NCBI GenBank assembly: GCA_963677925.2
Contig: CAXXYH010000003.1
Span: forward strand, 1,536,001 to 1,600,000
Length of the DNA: 64,000 bases
Direction: 5' to 3'
DNA from: Spirochaetia bacterium
Lineage (GTDB): Bacteria > Spirochaetota > Spirochaetia > UBA9216
Below, in pieces: positions 48,534 through 57,840 of this stretch; the first letter of the stretch is position 1, and each line of letters starts with the position of its first letter. The notes under the pieces were generated by a model, which saw only the letters and a list, made by a program, of their open reading frames with translations, did no database searches and was not told the origin of the DNA. The position numbers and the translations under genes are program-made.

Positions 48534-48701
48534 ATGAACATAAGAAAGTTTTTTTCACTTCTGATCACCATAATTGTATTGTCATCACTGACTTCATGTG
48601 TGATCCTGGAAAATGGCAGAATGCTGCCTCCGGGACAGGAAAAAAAGATAACCGGAGATAAGGATGCCAGTAAACTTGCTCCAGGAAAAGAAAAAAAATA
48701 G
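48534..48701 (+). CDS. Small 55 aa lipoprotein with PPGQ-x-KK motif (below ORF-track cutoff)
   Basis: AGGAGG RBS; MNIRKFFSLLITIIVLSSLTSC-VILENGRMLPPGQEKKITGDKDASKLAPGKEKK*. Confidence 0.8.
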   Translation: MNIRKFFSLLITIIVLSSLTSCVILENGRMLPPGQEKKITGDKDASKLAPGKEKK

Positions 48702-48715
48702 CGAAGGATCGGCAA

Positions 48716-49570
48716 TTGATTTTCACAATAGATAATGACTCATGTACATTATGCGGTCTCTGTTCCGCTGATTGTCCTCAGCAGGTAATAAACATAGACA
48801 GGGAATCGGGGGCAGCTGATATTAATAATACCCTCTGTATGCAGTGCAGCCACTGCGGTACAATCTGCCCGGTCGGGGCGGTGAAGGTTGACGGTGAGCC
48901 TTTTGAGGCATATGCAGAATCCCGCATCACCGATGATGAGTTGATCTCTGCTGCAGAGAATCTCATATTGGGAAAACGCTCGATACGAAGCTACCGTCAG
49001 GAGAAATTACTGCCGGAAGACCTGCAGGCTGTGATAAAAGCCGGGTATATGAGTCCCACAGCAAGCAATACCTGCCAGGTTTCTGCTTTAGTACTCAGCG
49101 GAGCGTATCTCGCTGCGGTACAGAAGGCAATGATCGATCTTATGTACCGGGTCGTTAAAACTGCAAACAATCCTGCAGGACGGCTCATTCTTAAACTGAT
49201 TGGTTTAAAACGGTATGCCGTAAAAAGTAAACTGAACAGTTATTATTCAAGACTCAGCTCTGCTGTTAAGGGAGAGTCAGACCCCTTATTTTTCAGCGCT
49301 CCATGTGCGGTAATACTCACCTTCCCCAAAGGTTCGGAACGCTTCGGCAGAACCGACTGCGCACTTGCAGGGCAGAATATGATGCTCACAGCCCAGGCAA
49401 GAGGGATAGGTTCATGCATGATTGGTTTTGCTGAGGTTGTACTGAAAAATAAAAAAATAAGAAGGCTGACCGGCATCCCTGACGACCGAAGTGTGGGCCT
49501 GGTCTTCACTCTGGGATATACCGACCGGAAATATCACCGCTACCCGAAACGGGAAAAGTGGAATTTGTAA
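48716..49570 (+). CDS. Nitroreductase with N-terminal 2x[4Fe-4S] ferredoxin domain
   Basis: Two CxxCxxCxxxCP motifs, KRSIRSY, SPTASN, LTAQARGIGSCMIG. Confidence 0.88.
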   Translation: MIFTIDNDSCTLCGLCSADCPQQVINIDRESGAADINNTLCMQCSHCGTICPVGAVKVDGEPFEAYAESRITDDELISAAENLILGKRSIRSYRQEKLLPEDLQAVIKAGYMSPTASNTCQVSALVLSGAYLAAVQKAMIDLMYRVVKTANNPAGRLILKLIGLKRYAVKSKLNSYYSRLSSAVKGESDPLFFSAPCAVILTFPKGSERFGRTDCALAGQNMMLTAQARGIGSCMIGFAEVVLKNKKIRRLTGIPDDRSVGLVFTLGYTDRKYHRYPKREKWNL

Positions 49571-49749
49571 ATCGAACTAAATTTCCGCTGCTGACTGAAA
49601 AACAAGCTAACCATACATCAACTCATAATGCTGGAATAAAATTTGGAATTTATTCTGCTGTTATACATGTACTACCCTATTGCTTTCTACTCTAGTTCAT
49701 TCTATATTTTTATAACTTCATAACTTTTTATTATATTAGGAGACATACA

Positions 49750-51270
49750 ATGGGATTAGGAACATTCGAAGAATATAAAGAGAGACTTTTTAAAATGAAA
49801 CCGAATATCTATATTAATGGAGAAAAGGTTGGACGTGATGGAGATTTCATGAGGGGCGGACTGTATGTAATCAAGCAGACATACGACTGCGCTCATGACC
49901 CCAAGTATGAAGATGTATGTACTGCAAACTCACATCTTACCGGCGAAAAGATAAACAGGTTCACGCACATTCACCAGTCAGTAGACGACCTGCTGAACAA
50001 ACAGCTGATGACCAAACTCCTCTGTCACAGAGTTGGCGGATGCATTCAGAGGTGTATGGGAACCGATGCTCTTAATGCCCTTTCAGTAGTTACATACGAC
50101 TGTGACCAGGCAAACAGAACTAAATACTATGAAAGACTCAACAAGTATCTTGCCTACTGCCAGGAAAAGGATCTTACCTGCAACTGCGCACAGACTGATG
50201 TTAAGGGGGTCAGAGGATTACGGCCGCATGAGCAGCCGGATCCCGATCAGTACCTAAGAATCGTTGAAGTACGCGATGACGGTATTGTTGTAAGAGGAGC
50301 AAAGGTCTGTAACTCTATCGCCCCATACACTGATGAAATAATCGCCCTTCCTACCAGATTCATGGGCTCAAAGGATGCCGCATACGCAGTAGCCTTTGCA
50401 CTTCCGGCAGACTGGGACGGTATCAAGATCATGGGACTTCCCGGACTTCAGGCCAAAAGAAGCAAGCTTAATGCTCCTGTTGCCGAAGTCGGCGATGTAG
50501 AATCCCTGACAATCTTTGATGACGTATTTGTTCCGAATGACAGGATTTTCCTCAACGGACTGGAGAATCCGGATAATGTTCAGTATGCAGGCTATCTTGC
50601 ACTGATGTTCGCCCACTTTCACAGACACTCATACACCGGCTGTAAAACTGCTGTATCTGAAGTTCTGGCATCACAGGCAACACTCGTTGCAGATGTGAAC
50701 GGAATTCTCAAGAAAGACCATGTTCAGGAGAAGATATCCCACATAATCGGAACTGCAGAGCTTGTATTTGCAGCAGGACAGGCAAGCGCGTACCGGGCGG
50801 TAAAATTCCCCAACGGTTCATGGGTTCCAGACGAGATTCTGACAAATGCAGGAAGAAGACTTGCAGGAAGCGAGATCTACAATGAATACTCAATCCTTGC
50901 CGACCTTGCCGGAGGAATCAGCGCATCACTCCCGACAGAAGAATCATATTATGCTCCGGAGACCGCCGAACTTGTGGCAAAATACACAAAACGAAACCCT
51001 GAATACTCAGCCGAGGATGCTCACAGAACCTTCAGGATGATGGAGAACAAGCTCTGTTCACCATTCAGCGGTGCGGAAATGGTTGCAGGCGTACACGGCG
51101 GCGGCTCTCCGCTGATGGAAACAATCACAATGATGTCCAGATACGATCTGAAGCCGCTGCTTGATATAGGAAAATACCTTGCCGGCATTAACGATGATAT
51201 CCCGAGATACGAGCGTCCAACTATGACCCCAAGGGTTATGCTTGATAGATTCAGGAAAACCCAGAAATAA
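49750..51270 (+). CDS. 4-hydroxybutyryl-CoA dehydratase (AbfD)/HpaB-family protein
   Basis: GCIQRCMG, QTDVKG, GIVVRGAK, FDDVFVP, HRHSYTGCK (Fe-S ligands), HGGGSP. Confidence 0.82.
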   Translation: MGLGTFEEYKERLFKMKPNIYINGEKVGRDGDFMRGGLYVIKQTYDCAHDPKYEDVCTANSHLTGEKINRFTHIHQSVDDLLNKQLMTKLLCHRVGGCIQRCMGTDALNALSVVTYDCDQANRTKYYERLNKYLAYCQEKDLTCNCAQTDVKGVRGLRPHEQPDPDQYLRIVEVRDDGIVVRGAKVCNSIAPYTDEIIALPTRFMGSKDAAYAVAFALPADWDGIKIMGLPGLQAKRSKLNAPVAEVGDVESLTIFDDVFVPNDRIFLNGLENPDNVQYAGYLALMFAHFHRHSYTGCKTAVSEVLASQATLVADVNGILKKDHVQEKISHIIGTAELVFAAGQASAYRAVKFPNGSWVPDEILTNAGRRLAGSEIYNEYSILADLAGGISASLPTEESYYAPETAELVAKYTKRNPEYSAEDAHRTFRMMENKLCSPFSGAEMVAGVHGGGSPLMETITMMSRYDLKPLLDIGKYLAGINDDIPRYERPTMTPRVMLDRFRKTQK

Positions 51271-51286
51271 TTTTTTCCGTATTTTT

Positions 51287-51318
51287 GTTGTCCGCCGGTT
51301 GCTCTTCCGGCGGACAAC
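51287..51318 (+). terminator. Stem-loop after the AbfD-like gene
   Basis: GTTGTCCGCCGG/CCGGCGGACAAC 12-bp perfect stem; weak U tail. Confidence 0.55.
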
Positions 51319-51404
51319 TCTTATAGTAACTGGAGCTTCTTGCAAAACTCGGTTAGTTTTGAAATTGCCTCAACCGGATAATATATTACAGGATGGTCGA
51401 ATAA

Positions 51405-52280
51405 GTGAAAATTTCACAGATTCAGTGTTTCATGGAAGCTGCTGAATGCCTCAGCTTTACGGAAGCTGCAAATAAACTTGAATTATCTCAGCCTGCCCTA
51501 AGCAAACAGGTAGCCGCTTTGGAAGAAGAACTGGAAATACAGCTTTTTCTGCGTATAAAAAAACGTGTATACCTTACTGAACCCGGAAAAATGTTTCTTG
51601 AAGGCCTTAAAAGGCTATCCGGAGATTTTAATATAATGCTTTCAGAAGTAAAAAGAGCGAGTGAGGGTGCGCAGCGGACAATCAGAATAGGCTACCTCGA
51701 AGATCGAAGCATCAGCCCTAAATGTACAAAGGCCATATCTGTCTTAACCGAGAAATATCCTGATATTAAAATAACGGTTGATCAGTTTAAGCTGATTGAA
51801 CTTCTTGAAAAACTTGATGAGAATCAGATCGATATCGGGTTCACCCTTGAGTTTGAATTGGGAAAACACCCGGCTCTCCGTCATGACGTTATTGCCACAA
51901 ACCACAATTATCTTGCAATCCCTGCGGACCATCCAAAAGTAAACCAGAAAGGACTGACCCTGGCCGACTTTTCAGATGAGACTTATGTAATCCTTGATCC
52001 TGAAGTCAGCAGTGACGTTGTTTCAAAACTGCAGGAATCCTGTGCGGAGGCTGGATTTACACCCAAACTTAAATATGCACCAACCCTTAGAACCCTTGCG
52101 CTCTGGGCCGAAGCCGGACTGGGAATTGCAGCCGTAGATAAGGGATGTTTCCTCTATCATAATCCTAATTTCAAATTCATCGATGTTCCTGAAATTCACA
52201 ATATGAATTCAATTGTAGTCTGGAATGAAAACCACCTGAGTAATGTAGGAAAAGTTTTTCTGGATATGGTGCTTCAGTAA
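51405..52280 (+). CDS. LysR-family transcriptional regulator
   Basis: SFTEAANKLELSQPALSKQVAALEEEL, LTEPG. Confidence 0.92.
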   Translation: MKISQIQCFMEAAECLSFTEAANKLELSQPALSKQVAALEEELEIQLFLRIKKRVYLTEPGKMFLEGLKRLSGDFNIMLSEVKRASEGAQRTIRIGYLEDRSISPKCTKAISVLTEKYPDIKITVDQFKLIELLEKLDENQIDIGFTLEFELGKHPALRHDVIATNHNYLAIPADHPKVNQKGLTLADFSDETYVILDPEVSSDVVSKLQESCAEAGFTPKLKYAPTLRTLALWAEAGLGIAAVDKGCFLYHNPNFKFIDVPEIHNMNSIVVWNENHLSNVGKVFLDMVLQ

Positions 52281-52397
52281 ACAATTCAAGCTTACTGTGT
52301 AAATTTCTAAAAACCTTTTTTTTAGAAATTTTAATTGCAATTGGAAATGGAAACATCTATTCTTAAATAATTAAGATATAAATTAAGAGATTACCAG

Positions 52398-53600
52398 ATG
52401 CCTGATTCTACACGACACGCAAGAGTAAAAATTCATGGCCGGACATCCCCTGTTACGGTTCCTGTAAGCAGCAATAAACCTCAGATTAAAAATGAGATGA
52501 AAAACAAATGGCAGAATCTGATCAATGTTATGGCTGAATGTCTTGATGTTCCTTCAGGTCTGATAATGGAAATAAAAACCTCAAGGATTTCTGTATTTCT
52601 CTCCAGCCTTTCTGAAGGTAATCCATACAAAGAGGGAGAGTCGGAAAAACTTCTCATGGGGCTGTACTGTGAAACAGTTATAGGGACAGGAGAAAGCCTT
52701 AGTATCCCTGATGCTACAAAGCTTGAAGGGTGGAAGGATAATCCCGACATCAAACTCGGGATGATTTCATACCTTGGTTTTCCGATAAAGTGGCCGGACG
52801 GTGAATTTTTCGGAACACTCTGTATTCTGGATTCCAGGGAAAATTCGTATTCAGATAAGCATATTCATCTGATGGAGATTCTTAAATCAATCATTGAGGA
52901 AGACCTTAAGAATCTTACAGATAATCAAGTTGAGGTCTTGAATTATCTGCAGAAGCTTGAACAGACAAATATGAAACTAAAAGATATGGTTAAAGAACGG
53001 GAAATCCTTTTAAGCGAAGTGCATCATCGCGTCAAAAATAATATGCAGATAATTACAAGCCTCATAGAACTGCAGGACAGCGAAAAACTTGGCGGAGAAA
53101 GGCGCCTTCAGACTTTGTCAATAAAGAATAGAATTCAGGCTATGAGTATTGTTCATGAGATACTTTATAAATCTGAAGATCTCAAGGACATAAAATTAGA
53201 AGAGTATATACATAAGCTGGTTGATAATCTGATAGCAGGACTTGCAGCCCCGGATCTTAAACTGAATGTGAAATATGATATCGATGAAGAGTTTAATATA
53301 AGGTTTGAAAATGCAATTCCTATAGGCCTTATAACAAATGAAATTATCACAAATTCTATTAAATACGCTTTTAAATCAGCAGCGGATGCTGAAATAAAAA
53401 TACTTATCAGGAATATCGACGAGAACGGTTATTCGTTTATTATTTCCGATAATGGCTGCGGAATTGAAGATGCAGGTGAAAATAACCCGACAAAGGGTAT
53501 GGGCAGGGTTCTTATTCCGCTTCTTGTTCAGCAGATGAACGGTTCTCTTGAAATATCCAGTAATAATGGAACTGAATATTCGATGCTCTTCAGAAAGTAA
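52398..53600 (+). CDS. GAF-domain HisKA_2-type histidine kinase
   Basis: GLYCETVI, SYLGFPIKWPDGEFFGTLCILD, EVHHRVKNNMQ, DNGCG. Confidence 0.88.
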   Translation: MPDSTRHARVKIHGRTSPVTVPVSSNKPQIKNEMKNKWQNLINVMAECLDVPSGLIMEIKTSRISVFLSSLSEGNPYKEGESEKLLMGLYCETVIGTGESLSIPDATKLEGWKDNPDIKLGMISYLGFPIKWPDGEFFGTLCILDSRENSYSDKHIHLMEILKSIIEEDLKNLTDNQVEVLNYLQKLEQTNMKLKDMVKEREILLSEVHHRVKNNMQIITSLIELQDSEKLGGERRLQTLSIKNRIQAMSIVHEILYKSEDLKDIKLEEYIHKLVDNLIAGLAAPDLKLNVKYDIDEEFNIRFENAIPIGLITNEIITNSIKYAFKSAADAEIKILIRNIDENGYSFIISDNGCGIEDAGENNPTKGMGRVLIPLLVQQMNGSLEISSNNGTEYSMLFRK

Positions 53601-53725
53601 TACCACAGGGTTCCATCAAAATAAGCTTTCCGCATTAAAGTTGCTTAACCGTTGTTCATTTTTTTCTTTACGGACGGTAAAAAACTGCTGTATATTATAT
53701 TTACTATATAGATTAGGGGTTTGAT

Positions 53726-54562
53726 ATGAAAAATGTTACAATAATAACAGGCGGAGCCGGAGGAATGGGGCTGGCTACTGCAAAAATCATCGGACATGAA
53801 AATAACCTCATTCTTGTTGATGTCAATGAAGACAGACTTAAGCTCGCAGTAGACACATTGGCTAAACTAAATATTGAAAGTGAATTTTTTGTGGGCGACA
53901 TCACAAATCCTGACTCGGTTAAAGAACTGTTTAAATACACAGCCGGTAAAGGCAAACTGACTTCAATGATACATACAGCAGGTGTAAGTCCACAAATGGG
54001 TAAAGCTGATTTCATAATGAAAGTTAACGCGTTAGGAACAGTTTACCTTACCGAGGCCTTTTTTGAACATGCAGAAGATGGGGCAAGCCTTGTCAATGTG
54101 GCTTCAATGGCCGGGCATTTACTACCTTCTTTTATGATTCCGGAGAAAGCTTTTGAATACGCATTATCGGATAAGCAGAAATTCTTTAACCGTGTAATGC
54201 GCCGTATTAATCTGATTCCTAAAAAAGGAAGATCGGGGCTTTCATATTCTATCAGCAAACGTTTTGTAATCTGGTATTCAAATAAAATGGCCAAGCAGTT
54301 CGGCAGTAGAAATCTGAGGATCCTTTCAGTATCTCCGGGTACTTTTAATACTGAAATGGGAAAATTGGAGGAGAAATCGGGATCCGATAAAATTGCCGAA
54401 AAATCTGCACTTGGCCGCGTTGGGAAGGTTGAAGAAATTGCAGGGATTCTGGCCTGTGCAGCAGGACGAGAGGCAAGTTACATGACAGGGATTGATATAC
54501 TCTGTGACGGCGGTACTGTAGCAAGTGTTTCTCTAAAAGATTTGGCTAATATGAATCCATAG
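53726..54562 (+). CDS. Short-chain dehydrogenase/reductase
   Basis: TGGAGGMG, HTAG, YSISK, SVSPG, CDGG. Confidence 0.9.
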   Translation: MKNVTIITGGAGGMGLATAKIIGHENNLILVDVNEDRLKLAVDTLAKLNIESEFFVGDITNPDSVKELFKYTAGKGKLTSMIHTAGVSPQMGKADFIMKVNALGTVYLTEAFFEHAEDGASLVNVASMAGHLLPSFMIPEKAFEYALSDKQKFFNRVMRRINLIPKKGRSGLSYSISKRFVIWYSNKMAKQFGSRNLRILSVSPGTFNTEMGKLEEKSGSDKIAEKSALGRVGKVEEIAGILACAAGREASYMTGIDILCDGGTVASVSLKDLANMNP

Positions 54563-54644
54563 TCTTGCGTCTGCCCAAATACTACATCATCCACCAGGCA
54601 AACATCATTGTCCGAGCTGGGGAAGAGGAAGGTATACTTTAAAA

Positions 54645-55020
54645 GTGCTGCCCTGTCCTGATAAAATTTTTCAAGAACATGCATTTGAACTTCTTCAGTC
54701 ATCCCCGATCCTTCATCAGTAATTCTGTATCTCCGCAGTATTCCACAGTTTCAAGCTGAACTATCAACTCGATATTTTTTTTATTGATCTGAGGGAAGGT
54801 ACCTGCGCTTTTCATCATCTGAAACATCTTCGTCCAGTAAAATCGAAAAGAACCCGTTTATGGATGTAATCTGAGTCTTAAATTCATGTGAGAAATGATT
54901 TATAAAATCATTTCTCAGAGTCTGAACACTATTGAGCTCTGATACCATCTTATTGAAATTATGATACAATTCAGCCATCGGACCAGATTTCCGGACATCA
55001 CGATGAACATTAAAATCACC
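54645..55020 (-). pseudogene. Sensor histidine kinase relic (paralog of 62041-63081)
   Basis: Fragments NFNKMVSELNSVQTLRNDFINHFSHEFKT, QINKKNIEL, RITDEGSGMTEEVQMHVLEKFYQD match the intact kinase; long stretches missing. Confidence 0.85.
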
Positions 55021-55264
55021 CTCTCTGTTTATGTCAGCTTTATAACCGAGATCTCGGAGTGTAGTGATTTCTTGTTAAGATCTGACCTTTATGAGAGAGC
55101 TGTTTGAAAAGAAGTTCAAACTCATTCTTCGATAATTCTGCTGCTTGCAGCGATGCTTTGACCATGCATAATGTCCAGAGCTTCCTGCCCGTTAACGGCA
55201 TCTATTACATAATTATTTGTTAGCAATTTACAGCTTATCAGAATCTGTAAATTTTCATCATCTT
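55020..55264 (-). pseudogene. OmpR-type response regulator relic (paralog of 63078-63761)
   Basis: Fragments DDENLQILISCKL...NGQEALDIM, ELSKNEFELLFKQLSHKGQILTRN, RDLGYKADI. Confidence 0.82.
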
Positions 55265-55445
55265 AGAACCTGAACCAATCAGAATCATGGCTTTTTTTCT
55301 TTCAATTCCACAGGGAATGACGACTGAGACGCCCGCTTTAGTCTCCGAAAGTTCCATTCTAAGACCTTCTGTGGCTATTTTGACCGAAGTCTTTGATTCA
55401 CCGTTTTCTATTGGTTTCGATAGTAATTTAGAAACAAAAGATTAC
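55256..55445 (-). pseudogene. SDR oxidoreductase relic (paralog of the gene at the right edge)
   Basis: Minus frame GESKTSVKIATEGLRMELSETKAGVSVVIPCGIERKKAMILIGSGSKMM; cf. KAKVLVGSDAKMM at 63960-64000. Confidence 0.7.
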
Positions 55446-55504
55446 ATGAAAGAGACCTTTTTGATTTTTTAAGGAATTTAAGATAATTTCTTTAAATTTG
55501 TATT

Positions 55505-57298
55505 TTAGTTTGAAAGCAGCGGAACTGAGAAACTCACCCTCAAACCATCTGAACCGTCAACCTTATAGTCACCTTCAATCTGAATCATAAGAGTGCTTAT
55601 AATAAGCATGCCCAGTGAATCATTCTCTTTCGATGCAGATTTGCCGGAGAAGCCCACACCATTATCCCTGTATTCAAATATATATCGATTAGTGTCCTTT
55701 CTACCTCTGATAGAAATGGAAGGATCAGTTATTCCATCAAAAGCATGTTTTATTGAATTGGTAACCAGTTCATTAAAAACCAGACCTATTGGAATCATAA
55801 GGTCCATAGTCAGATTCTGTTCTTCAACCTGAAGATCGTATGTAACTGATAATTCACTTTTATCGTGATAACTGTATATCACTGAATCACACAATTCCCT
55901 TAAATATTCCTTTATATCTATCTGTTCAATTTTATTATCCTTATACAGCTGTTCGTGTACAAGCGACATGGCATATATCCTGTTCTGCAGTTTACCCAGA
56001 ACTTCAAGCAGTTCCTCATTATTTACTACATCAGACTGAAGAGAAAGAAAGGATATAACAAGCGATAAATTATTCTTTACCCTGTGATGAACTTCTCTTA
56101 ATAGAATCTCCTTTTCTTTCAATGACTGGGATATCTGCAGATGCTTATTCTCAAGCTCATAATGCAGTATTTTTCTCCGTCTTACCTGATTTACAAGGAA
56201 AATAATAGTTATTGTCTGGAGCAGAACAATAATGGCTGTAATAAGAACAATTTCTTTATATTTCATCCAGAAAGTCTCTTCTACAAACATAATTTCCGCA
56301 TTTCCGGGAACATTTTTAAGTTCAATTCCCCAACGCTGCAGCTGCCTCCAGTCATACATCTTTTTTGAAGTATCTACTTCTTCGATAACAAGTTCTTTAT
56401 TTCCACCAACTATTTTATCGATTATACGTGCTGTATGTCTTCCATAACTATCAGCACTGGTCATTGTTCCCCCTATCACTCCCATGCCGAATTCATTATC
56501 ATAAAATGAAAACACCGGAGCTGCAGCCCGCTCGGAATACAATGGGAAAAAATCAGATATTGTATATGTATCCCCGTTTTTATCACTGTTTGACGTCAAC
56601 ATCATGATTGCCGAGTTGGGAGGAACCCTGCTGATTCTATTCAGAATTTCATTCATTGGCTCACCTACCCAGTAATCAATAAGCTCTTCATCAAAATATT
56701 TAGTTACATGCTCCTTAAAAATTGCAAGATAAGGGAGATCTGCAATACCGATTCCGCTATGAACATACAGGTGTTCAATGTCAGGCAGCATCCGCTTTAT
56801 ATCTGATATAGTTTCAGTTATTGCAGCTGTAGAGCCGCTTTTAAGGTAGTAATAGGCGTCTTTATTTTCTATTTGTTCAACCTGGGAATCAACAGCGGCA
56901 ACAAGGATTTTGGGAATACCGGGAAAAAGGGCCTCTCCGTAATTAATAAGAAAATTATTGACCGGAGGCAGAAGGCTGACAACAAAATCCAGTTTATAGG
57001 ACTCTGCCAGATTTTCAAGCTCTCTGAGATTCCTTCCGTCCTGGTCATTAACCGAAATATCGATCTGAAGAAAATGAAAATAGATGGAATTTTTAAAGGA
57101 GGAATAAGAATTAACCTCCGAATAAAAGCCCTCATTGAATTCCAGCCCCCAGTCCCCAATCTCGGCAAAGGGGTAGATAACCAGAATCCGTTCAACAGCG
57201 CCAGGCTCTTCAGCTGAAACTGTAAGAGGAGTAAGGATAAGAAGGAGAAGAGCAAAAAAAACAAAGGTGCAGCTTACTTTTGCATAAGGATTTTCCAT
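55505..57298 (-). CDS. Membrane HisKA_2-type histidine kinase with a periplasmic ABC-substrate-binding-like domain
   Basis: Signal/TM, YDWRQLQRWGI, TM, EVHHRVKNNL, NELVTNSIKHAF, DNGVG. Confidence 0.88.
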   Translation of the reverse strand: MENPYAKVSCTFVFFALLLLILTPLTVSAEEPGAVERILVIYPFAEIGDWGLEFNEGFYSEVNSYSSFKNSIYFHFLQIDISVNDQDGRNLRELENLAESYKLDFVVSLLPPVNNFLINYGEALFPGIPKILVAAVDSQVEQIENKDAYYYLKSGSTAAITETISDIKRMLPDIEHLYVHSGIGIADLPYLAIFKEHVTKYFDEELIDYWVGEPMNEILNRISRVPPNSAIMMLTSNSDKNGDTYTISDFFPLYSERAAAPVFSFYDNEFGMGVIGGTMTSADSYGRHTARIIDKIVGGNKELVIEEVDTSKKMYDWRQLQRWGIELKNVPGNAEIMFVEETFWMKYKEIVLITAIIVLLQTITIIFLVNQVRRRKILHYELENKHLQISQSLKEKEILLREVHHRVKNNLSLVISFLSLQSDVVNNEELLEVLGKLQNRIYAMSLVHEQLYKDNKIEQIDIKEYLRELCDSVIYSYHDKSELSVTYDLQVEEQNLTMDLMIPIGLVFNELVTNSIKHAFDGITDPSISIRGRKDTNRYIFEYRDNGVGFSGKSASKENDSLGMLIISTLMIQIEGDYKVDGSDGLRVSFSVPLLSN

Positions 57299-57491
57299 AT
57301 AGTCCTTCCATCTTCAAAAAGTATCTTGAGAACCTGCTTATATTATATTGCAGTTCAATACTTAAAGTCAAAATTTTAAGAGATGCTGAAATCAGGAATA
57401 TTCAGGCTCTTCAGAGCTACTTCCGTTTTCCTATGAATACTGTAAAAATAAAAGAGAGTTAAACTAAAGTTTATACACGAGCGGTCATATT

Positions 57492-57835
57492 TCATGCCAT
57501 AAATCCACCAAGCTCTTCTTTCAGCTGTTCAACTATTTTTTCCAGCCTGTGTGCTTCTGATGTTATCTTCAGCATGGAACCAAGTTTTTCATCATTACCG
57601 GACATGATTTCCTTCATGCCTGAACTGATTTTTACTGCTACATCCTTCACGGATTTACTTGATTTAAGAATTGGGCCGCTTCCGGTCTGAATTTCCTTAT
57701 AACTGTCGCGGATTTCAAGTGTTACCGTATTTATAAGATGAGTTACTTATAGAACCTGCTGAACACTGATATCTGTATTTTTTAGCGCATCTGCAATATC
57801 TTTTATTAATGAAAAAAGTTCTCCCCTTGTCCCTG
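57492..57835 (-). pseudogene. C-terminal relic of a methyl-accepting chemotaxis protein
   Basis: Frame reads SVQQVL*VTHLINTVTLEIRDSYKEIQTGSGPILKSSKSVKDVAVKISSGMKEIMSGNDE...LKEELGGFMA*, heptad tail like spirochete MCPs; internal stop, no start. Confidence 0.6.
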
Positions 57836-57840
57836 TATCC

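Noticed and set aside
48425-48715. 96 aa minus-strand ORF in the track
   Set aside because: It is antisense to a better-supported small lipoprotein with RBS and lipobox.
49750-51270. 4-hydroxyphenylacetate 3-monooxygenase (HpaB) call
   Set aside because: Fe-S ligand motifs and the anaerobic context favour the AbfD dehydratase branch.
52301-52331. AT-only inverted repeat after LysR
   Set aside because: Very weak stem, probably a poor terminator or chance in AT-rich DNA.
55287-55472. 61 aa plus-strand ORF
   Set aside because: It is the antisense shadow of the SDR relic; no RBS or recognisable motif.
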